Shown here: piece after piece, positions 35,487-64,000 of the stretch | Position numbering within the stretch: position 1 is the stretch's first letter | Layout: each line of letters starts with the position of its first letter | DNA from: Lama guanicoe | Lineage: Eukaryota | Reading direction: 5' to 3' | Assembly (NCBI GenBank): GCA_013239625.1 | Contig: MU053933.1 | Location: 3,339,817-3,403,816, forward strand | DNA: 64,000 nt | Program-made: the position numbers and the translations under genes | The notes under the pieces: generated by a model | Database searches by the model: none | Seen by the model: only the letters and a program-made list of their open reading frames with translations | What the model was told of the DNA's origin: nothing

Positions 35487-37314
35487 CAGGTCGAGGCAAA
35501 TAGTTTCCCCTCAAATAACTGGAGGTGCGACTGCCCATCTTTGAACAGCTTCTCCTGTTCCCTGAGACTAAGGGACAGTGGGCCAGCGTCCGGTGTGGTG
35601 CCTGAGGGACCGTGACCGTTTCCATGAGGAGACAAAACACAAGCAGGATGGGCTTCTGCCTAAGGGACTCAACGTCCGCTTGTCAAGGTAGCCGGTCAGG
35701 TAAGTGACTTTCAATAGCATTTTCTGTATAAAAGGAGATTTTCATTTCTTTTCTGGAAGCTTTGTGCTCCATCCAGGGCTCTGCCCACGGCTGGGAGCCA
35801 GCCAGGGGCAGCGGCCACTGCAAGGAGCAGACTGGTAACTCACCGTCTGTGCTGCTGGTTCCTGGGGGGCTGGGGAGGCCACGGGCCAAGAGAGGAAGTG
35901 CAAGAGCAACCCCCCAGGTTTCACAGGGGCCCCAGCACAGGCCCCTCAGCACAGGCCCCTCAGCAGAACAGACCCCAGAGGAAGATGCCAGGGAAGAGCT
36001 GGCATTCAGCTCGCGCTGGCTGAGCACCCACCACGTGCCACACGGTGTGGCAGCCAGTGGAGCCAAGACAAGGCCCTGAGGACTCAGCGCAGGCAGGAGC
36101 GCCACCCTGGGGCGGGTCAGCTCAGGTGAAGGCCCTGCAGCAGGTGAGCCCCAGGCAGAGACAGGGAGCTGCAGGAGTTAAGGCCACATGGTGCACGGCC
36201 TCGGAGATGGCCTGACACTGGGGGTTCCGGGCAGGGAAGGCGGAGCAGAACAGCATCCAGAGGTCTCTCCGGCTGCCTGATAGAGGACAGTCAGACGGGA
36301 GCACAGCCAGGGCCGCCAGACCACGTGGGGACCCTCAGGTGGACGAGAAGCAGGTGGGGGCCCTGGGGCAACATCGGCCTAGGTCTGACCCTCTTTGAAG
36401 CTCCTGGTGGACCCCTCACAGCCATACCCCGCGAGCCCTGAGAATGTGAACCACTCATCCTCGTGGGTCAGAGGCAATTCCAGAACATGGATTTTCCATC
36501 CTAAGTCCCAAGGCCACACGCGCCAAACCAGAGGGTCTAGAAGCCAGGGGGGAATTGAAGGCTTACTACCTGACAGGCAGCACCCTGGAGACTGGACCCT
36601 CACGTCAGCCAGAGCACAAAGGGGGTCAGAGGCAGCCACGAGGGTGCCCTGGGGCAGTGGCCTGGGTCCAGGTGACATGCCCGCTTGGCTGCCTGCAGCA
36701 GGTGGTGAGTGATGGGCTGTCCCCGGCACACAATGGTGACCCCTGGGGTAACCATCAGACCACTGATGTCCGTCCCCCTTTGCTATGTGTGGCCTCCCGG
36801 GTGCATTTCTGTCATTACCAGACAACTGTGACCTCTGGATGTGGCAATGCTGGCAGGTGTGGGTGGGCTGGAGAGCCAGGGCAGGGCCGCCTGCAGGGTC
36901 TGGCTCCCCTCTGAGCAGCCGCGGTGACCAGGGCCGCCCAGCCTCTCCCCAGAGGGCTGTCTGGGGTGGGGGGGGTCACATCCCTCAGCCGGAGACTCAG
37001 AAGAGGCAGGAGACGGATGACGCCTAGCTGCTCCTCTCCCGGGAACTCAGTCATTGGTCCAGAGAGCCCACCCGGTCGCGCCCACAGCAAGGATGCACAC
37101 TTTACCCAAGGTCACAGCTCATCCAGTCCCTCCCTCAGCTGTTCTCAGAAATAAACCTAAAAAAGCAGTGTCTAAGGCCAGCTGCCCTGTCCCCGCCACA
37201 GGCAGGTCTCAGGACTCCTGTTGAAGTGGGCAGTGAGGGGGCTGGCACGGCCCAGCCGAGATGCCCCAACCTCGCCCAGAACTGACCAGCCCCCCAAGCC
37301 CCACAGATGTGCTC

Positions 37315-57217
<19,903 letters not shown>

Positions 57218-57794
57218 GACCGCCGCCGCGCTCCGGCTTCCGCGCCGCCTGTGCCGGGACCTGTACCTACCGCTGGCCCGACCCCTCGCGCACTGCGCAG
57301 GCGCGCGCCTCGGCAGACACCGGAGAGCGATGGGCAGATGCCCGCGCGTCCAATCAGAACGCCGAGCCCGGCCACCTCAGACGTGGAGCGCGCCGTGCCC
57401 CCGAGCGGGGGGCGGGGCCAGTGTTGGTGGGCGGTGCTTGGGTGGGGCCTGGGTGGTCTGGGGCGAGGCCTGGGCCTGAGAGCGGGGCGGGGCTTGGCGG
57501 CTGGGCGAGGCCAGGAGGAGCGCGACTTCCAGTCGCGCCAGACGCTGTAGTCTGTCAGCTCCGAGCTACCTGTGGAGCAAAGTTTCAGGGCGAGGCCACC
57601 AAGGGGCTCCTGAGGAAGACTGACCCTTGAGGAGGGTCCCTCCCAAGGCCAGAAGGCAGGGGGTCTGGAGAGCAGCAAGTTCCCTTGAAGAAGAGCCAGA
57701 GACTGGCGGCTCTGGGTGAGTGTGACGGGAGACTTGGCAGCGAGAGGGGAAGGCCTAGGGGATAAGGGGCTCTTGGGGGGGCACCTGAGAGGAA

Positions 57795-57950
57795 GTGACA
57801 GGCAGAGAGATGACGGGAGGGCGGCTAACAGGAGGGGAGGTGGCAGGAGAGGGGCTGACAGGAGAGGAGGTGACAGATGAGGTGACAGGTGAGGGTGACA
57901 GGAGGGGAGATGACAGGAGAGAGGGTGACAGGAGGGGAGGTGACAGGTTA
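57795..57950 (+). repeat. About 15-bp minisatellite (TGACAGGAGRGGAGG-like), about 11 units
   Basis: Unit starts at 57796, 57811, 57826, 57841, 57856, 57871, 57883, 57896, 57911, 57926 and 57941. Confidence 0.9.
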
Positions 57951-59219
57951 GGGGTCAGTGTATCTTCAGGGAGGCTGAGTCTAGGGAGGGCTTCACTTGT
58001 GGGACTTGGGAGGCTGAGATGCCAAGCATCTGCCAGCCCAGGGGAGGGACCCACATTGGGAGAGCTTGGGCCACTTAGAGGAGACCCAGCAATTTTGGGG
58101 TCCCTGGTATAAGTAAAGGTGGAAGGCCTGAACTCTATGGGAAGGGAAAGAAAGTTGGAGACCCTGCTTATAGGACTGGGGTTGGGATTGGGGGGCAGGT
58201 AAAGTGGTCAAAGGGTGTGCAGCAGGAACCAGGGACTCAGCGGAGTTGGAGGAAACAGTGTGGACATTGAGGTCCTGAAAGTGGCTCTCCAGAAACCCAC
58301 AGACAGCCTCATATCTTCATCTTCCACAGAAGCCCTGACATCAGGTCACAGCTTTCCCAGTCAGGTGAGTGTTTTTGTATCAATCCCTTGAGTCCTATCC
58401 CCATGCCAGGAACCCAAGGAAGCCAGAGAGAAAGAGGGGCTTGCAAAGGAAAACACATGTACATCTTCCCCCTAGTGGAATATCAGGCTGTTAGATGGTC
58501 AGTAAAGGACACTTAACTCTACCTAGCCTAGTTCAGAAACCAATGAAGAAGATACAGCAATAAGATGAATATATAGCAAATACCAGCCTTGCTACAGAAA
58601 AAAGGCTAGTCTGGAGGATGTGGTTTAGATGGACAATCAAGAGCACTAGTTACTTCCACCCATAAATCAGACACTGATACTTCCTAGTCTCTGCCCCAGG
58701 GGTAAAACTGCAGCCTCCACAGAGCTGCTGCATCAAGCACGCGCAGCCAAGTGCAAATGGGAACACGCCTGTCAGCCTGCTGACCCCAGAGAGTGTACCA
58801 AGAGGAGACTGAGCACACTTGACCTTGTCTGTTCTCCAAAATTCACCAATTCACACTTCCCCGGGAGTGTAAAAAAGGCTGGAAATTTTTCTCCAGGGAT
58901 GTCCCACCATGTGGAAACACAAAGCGTAGGAGTAACGGTTCCACGTGGACATCTCAAACTCTTGACTCTGGCAGAGCTAAGGAAGGAAAGAGGTTTCAAC
59001 TGAAGCAGAGTTTGAGTTTGGGTATTTTACTGGACTGGACTTTTATGAGCAAAATGATGATTCTCTTTTTTTAATTTCTGAGAAGAAAAGGGAAAAACTG
59101 TAAGATCTATCTGAGAAGTCACAGATAAGATTTTCAGGGGACAGTCATGAGAAAAAATAATGCTTCTCTCTACTTGCACCCTACCAATTCCAACTTGTTC
59201 AATAAACAGGACACAGAAG

Positions 59220-59735
59220 ACTCTGAGGTTCTTGGCATGGACAACTGGGCATATTTACTAAAATAGAGGTTTGGAGGAAATTGTCAACTTAGGTTAGGAA
59301 CATGTTAAGACAGAGATACCCATAAAACATTTAAGTAGACAGGTTGAGTGGGCTGGTGTTCAAGAGAGAGGACAAGACTAGAGAGAGGAATTTGAGAGTC
59401 ATCTGTTTTCAGGTGATGTTTGAAAACAGTATTGGATGAACTCAACTAGGGAGTGAATATTCCAAACAGAAGAATTTCCAGGATGAGCCTTGGGACACCA
59501 ACCATTTCCAGTCTAGAGAGGAAGGAGTGGCCAGAGCGAAGAGAAAAAGTAGGGGAATGTGGAGTTAGGGAAGCCAGTGAAGACAAAGGTCATCTGTGCA
59601 GAGGTTTTAAAAGGATTGTAAAATGAGGTCAGAGAATTGGTGACTAGATGTGGAAAGACAGTTTACTAGTGACTGACAAGAGCATCTCAGGAGATGTGAG
59701 GAGAAAATCCTAGTGGCAGTTAAAAAGGGTGGAGA
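59220..59735 (-). mobile_element. L2 LINE fragment
   Basis: ttgagagtcatc, gagaattggtgactagatgtgg, gtgactgacaagagc resemble recalled L2 motifs. Confidence 0.65.
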
Positions 59736-60544
59736 GGATTTCCAGTTAAACATGTTAGACTGAGCACAGGCATTGACTTCTATTTCCCACCTAAACTAGA
59801 CTTACATGAAGTAATAAAAGAGATAAAAACACACAGTGAAAGAATGGGAGTGGAAGCACCAGTAAACAAGAGAGGTCAACAAAATATAGAGGCTGGAAAT
59901 GTAAGGAGGAGTGATAACTGACTTAACAAGCCAGAGAAAGCTGAAACCCATGTGTAGGGGTGAAGCGATTAAGAAAAGAGACCCCTCTTGCAAGTGAACC
60001 CCAGGAAGGTGCAGAAATTAGAACTGGTGAAAAGTTTGAATAAGAAGCAGTGTGACAACAGATCCCTTCCCCTACCTGCATGGAAGCCTACAACAGTTGA
60101 GTAGAGCAGGTGTGAACTCAGGCACAAGACACAGCTGAGGGCCACTGAAAGCAGGGGAGTTGAGTGAAAGTCTACATTCATGTGGGAGTCCCACTTCTCC
60201 CACTCAGCTATATATCTTCAGGCAATAGAAGGAGGATTTCTCTGGTGAAAATGGCTCCCACAAAAGACCTGCAAACATTGGCAACTGGGACCCAGCAGAA
60301 AAGCAGAAAAGCCTATCAGCCGGCAGGCTGTATCTGTTAGCATAGAGCATCCAGCAAGCTCTTCAGAGCCCCATCATCAACAGGAGCCAGACATTTGAGG
60401 AAAATCTCTACCATGAAAGACAAGAAAACATAGAGAAAAAGGAAATTTTTTTTAAAATGGAGGCGATTGAAAGTTATGGAAGACGATTTTGGCGAAACAT
60501 GTCCTCACGTTTTGGATGTTATACACATGAAACAAGAACCATCT

Positions 60545-60770
60545 GACATACTCTTTCCCTCCCTGCCTTATTTTTCTGCTTATCATCAATTAGCATGCCA
60601 AGTGTTTTGCATATTTATCTTGTTTATTGACTATCGCTCCATTAAAATATAAGCTCTGTGAATATAAGCGCTATTCATTTGTTGTCATATCCCCAATACT
60701 TGGAATAATGCCTGGCACATAGTGAATACTCCAAAATTATATACTGAGTGAATGAATGAATGAATGAATA
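60545..60770 (+). mobile_element. L2 3' end
   Basis: ataagctctgtga...atgcctggcacatagtg...(TGAA)n terminus. Confidence 0.8.
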
Positions 60771-60830
60771 GGGTTCTCTAAATAAGAAACATTATGGGAA
60801 AAAACTCAAAAATTAAAAATATGGCATCAG

Positions 60831-60920
60831 TTTTTTAAAAAAAATTTTTAACTTTTTAAATTGAAATATAGTTGGTGTACAATATTATATAAGTTACAGG
60901 TGTACAATATAGTGATTCAT
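60831..60920 (-). mobile_element. Severely 5'-truncated L1 3' tail with TSD
   Basis: ttttaaattgaaatatagttggtgtacaatattatat...; flanked by aatatggcatcagtttt and aatgtggcagcagtttt. Confidence 0.75.
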
Positions 60921-61022
60921 AATGTGGCAGCAGTTTTAAAGTCACTAGAGCAGGGAGATAAAATAGAGGAATTTTAGGACAGTAGAATAAAAAGATAAAG
61001 ATATTAAAAATTGAAAAGAGAA

Positions 61023-64000
61023 GGGTCAGGATGGCTGAGTAGAAGGATGCTCATACCTTACCCTCTCCCACCAATACACCAAGACTGACATCCACAGACC
61101 CACCCATCCAATCAGAACACCTGCTGAACTTTGACAGAACATTGCCTTCTTCAAAAGACAAAATATGCCACTCATCTGATAGGACAAAAGTAAAAAAGAA
61201 GGAAGAAAAAGGAAAATAGTGCAGGTCTGGTCCCATGGGGAGGGAGCGGCAAAGGAAGAATAGCTCTCATTCACTGGGTCTCCCCTTCTCCAATGAAGAG
61301 TCAGCAGGATGGCAGGGGAATCTCCTAGGCTTGGATCTGTACAGAATAGCCCTTGACAAACAGAACTAAGTTAAATGGGCACTAAGGATCCCCGCAGCTC
61401 CCAGCCCTAGATGCGAACTGGCAGGTGTGGGAGGAGACAGACTGCTCGAGCCTGGCGGAGGACTCCAGCAGTCTGTACAGAGGCAACCTTGGGGGACTGC
61501 AGTGTGCTGTGCGCCATTGCTGGGAGGGTATACAGATCAGAACAACCTGGGTCCCTCATAAAATATGAAAGAAAAAAAAGCAAAGCGACATTGCTGGTGT
61601 GCTTGTGAGGGGAATAGTACTAAAGCCTTTGTCTCTTCAGACCTGTGGCACCATTACTGGCGTGTTCTCGGGAGAAAAGAGGTGGAGCTCAGCTACAGCA
61701 ACCATATCCTCTGGTGCGTGCCACCCAGGCAGAGGCGGGGTTGAAACCTGAATGTAGGGGCTCCTGTACCCAGGGGGGTCTGCAACGTCATAGGCTGGAC
61801 TGATTTGTTTATAGCCCCAGGCAGATAGGAATGTTCTGCCCCGGTGCCTCTGTGAACTCATGTCTCTAAGACAAATGAACAAGGAGCAGAGCTCTGGCAC
61901 AGAGCAAGGGCAAGGGCTGGTGCAGCCGTTTTCTGAGTCCACCTATGAAGCACGGACCTGACATGGTGCAGGGAGCTGCTTGGAGCGGGGGAGCAACCCG
62001 CCTGCCTACCATGCACTAGTTCAGCGAAGGGAGATGTGACCCACCTGCCTACCAACACTGGGAGCGGCACAGACCAGGGGCACAACCAGAGGGCCTCTGG
62101 GACCAGTGAGTGAAGTTCTCACAGCAGGGAAAAGGCAGGATCGACAACAACCACAAAACACAAAGGAGGCCCCGTTCAATAGCCAGGGCAGGCTCTGGCT
62201 ACCAGATCACCAGCTACACCCCCAACCAAAGGGATAACAGGCAAAAGGCAGGGAAGGAAGACTTGGCAACCATCCAAACTTAAGAAGGACCCCTCAACAA
62301 AATGATTAAGAGTGAACAATCTCCATGGGAATACATCCACTTTTTTTCTTTTCTTTTTTCTTTTACTTTTTAAATTTTTACTTTTTAAAATTTTTTTCTA
62401 TTTTTTAATCCCTTTAAATTTTTCTTTTAAAAACATTTTTATTATTTTTTTAATTTGTCTCAATTTGATCTTTATTTTTGTTTTGTTCTTCTGTTACTGT
62501 TTACACTGTTTTCACATTTTTTTCCTCCTTTAAGTTTTATAAAATTTGCTCTCAACTCGATTTTTATTTCTCTTCAATTTGTTCTTCTGTTATTGATTAT
62601 ACTGTTTTTAAATATTTTTTCTTTCTTTAAATTTTTTTTTTTTAGTTTTATTTCTGCATCCACTTTAGATAAATAAATAAATAAATAAACCCCTTAAGGA
62701 CCACAGTAGATAACTGATACTCCATAAGCCATAGTATCAGAGAGATATAAGTAAAATGAAGCAGAGGAGCCACTCCCAATTAAAAGAACAAGAGAAATTC
62801 CCTCAAAGAATGATCAATTAAGTAGACCTTGATAGCCTACTAGATCATGATTTCAAAAAAGCAGTGATCAAAATACTGAAGGAACTAAAAGAGACTGTAT
62901 ATAGAGACAGATAATATGTCAAAAAGGAAATTGAAACTATAAAGAGGACCAATTAAAATTGGAAAACTTATTTGCTGAGATGAGAGCTGAGCTAAAGGCT
63001 GTAAATTGTAGGCTAGATAATGCAGAGGAACAAATAAGTGACTTAGAAGACAGGACAACAGAAATCACCCAATCAGAACAGCTGAGAGGAAAACAAAAAC
63101 CAATGAAAACAATATAAGGGACCTATGGGGTAATATAAAGTGTGCCAACCTAGGCATAATAGGGGTCCCAAAAGGATAAGAAAGAGCCAAACGGGACTGA
63201 AAAGGTATTTGAAGAAATCATGACTGAAAACTTCCCAAACCTAAAGAAGGAATCAGATATCCATGTACAGGAATCACAGAGGGTCCCAAACAAGAAGAAC
63301 CCAAACAAACCCATACCAACACATATTATACTCAGGACTGCCAGGGTTAAGGATAAAGAGATGATTCTAAAGGCAGCAAGAGAAAAACAAAGACTTAATT
63401 ACAAAAGAACCCTCATAAGGCTTTCAGGTGATTTCTCTACACAAATACTGCAGGCCAGAAGGGAGTGGCAAGATACATTCAAAGACCTGAATGAAAAAAA
63501 AGATGCAACCTAGGATACTTTATCCAGCAAGACTATCCTTTAGAATAGAAGGAGAGATAAAGAATTTCACAAAGAAAAACTAAAAGAATTTAGCAACACT
63601 AAACCTATGCTAAAGGAAATATTGAAAGTTCTACTCTAAACAGAAAAGAAGCAGGATGCTACAGAAAGGAGAAAACCATGATTAGAAAGGCGATGACTAC
63701 AATAAATTACAACAGAATAAATATGAAATTGTAAAAGAAGACATCGAAATCACTAAGGGTGGGAGAGGGGAGCAAGAAAATATAATGGAGTTTTTTTTTC
63801 TTTTTTTCTTTTTTCTTTTTGTTCTTGGTAGGATGGGTTTGAGTTTATATTACTATCTGTTTAAAACAAACAGATATAGTAATGGGTTAATATATGTACA
63901 AAACAGGGTAACCACAAACCGAAAGCTTACAATACAGTTACAAGCACTAAAAATAAGCCACGATAATACAAAGGAAAATTATGAAGCCACAAAAAGAAAA
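61023..64000 (+). mobile_element. Younger L1: 5' UTR, disrupted ORF1 (about 62755-63639) and inter-ORF spacer; continues off the right edge
   Basis: L1-like start ggatggctgagtagaagg; ORF1p fragment MTENFPNLKKE...ILKAAREKQ...IRLSGDFSTQILQARREWQD; stops and frameshifts around it. Confidence 0.92.

Noticed and set aside
57795..57950. CRISPR-like repeat array
   Set aside because: Mammalian DNA; units are contiguous with no unique spacers, and there are no cas genes.
58240..59210. Possible ancient Gypsy/ERVL-type LTR
   Set aside because: Only vague motif resemblance (ggactggactttt, AATAAA near a ...ACA end); family and boundaries cannot be supported without a search.
57600..64000. MCM3AP terminal exons expected from human synteny
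   Set aside because: No recognisable coding match within the window.

Overview
GC-rich mammalian genomic DNA, most likely camelid, judged from two tRNA-derived Vic-1-like SINEs. It is syntenic with human 21q22.3. Three intron-containing genes lie in tandem on the minus strand. LSS (lanosterol synthase) is complete: 22 coding exons, 57217->37315, 732 aa. SPATC1L is complete: 4 coding exons, 32157->17006, 343 aa. FTCD has exons 1-13 (14260->574); its last exon lies beyond the left edge. I placed all exon boundaries by hand at GT-AG sites and the frames join cleanly. The introns hold L1, L2, MIR, MLT and Tigger1 relics, and a decayed L1 5' half (UTR + ORF1) fills the right end. Almost all of the supplied long ORFs are GC-content artefacts. 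I found no convincing novel multi-gene system. The best leads are a candidate retroposed 3'-UTR inside an old L1, a candidate degenerate C/D snoRNA in LSS intron 2, and a 15-bp TGACAG minisatellite upstream of LSS. Repeat-family and ortholog comparisons rest on recalled sequences, not searches.
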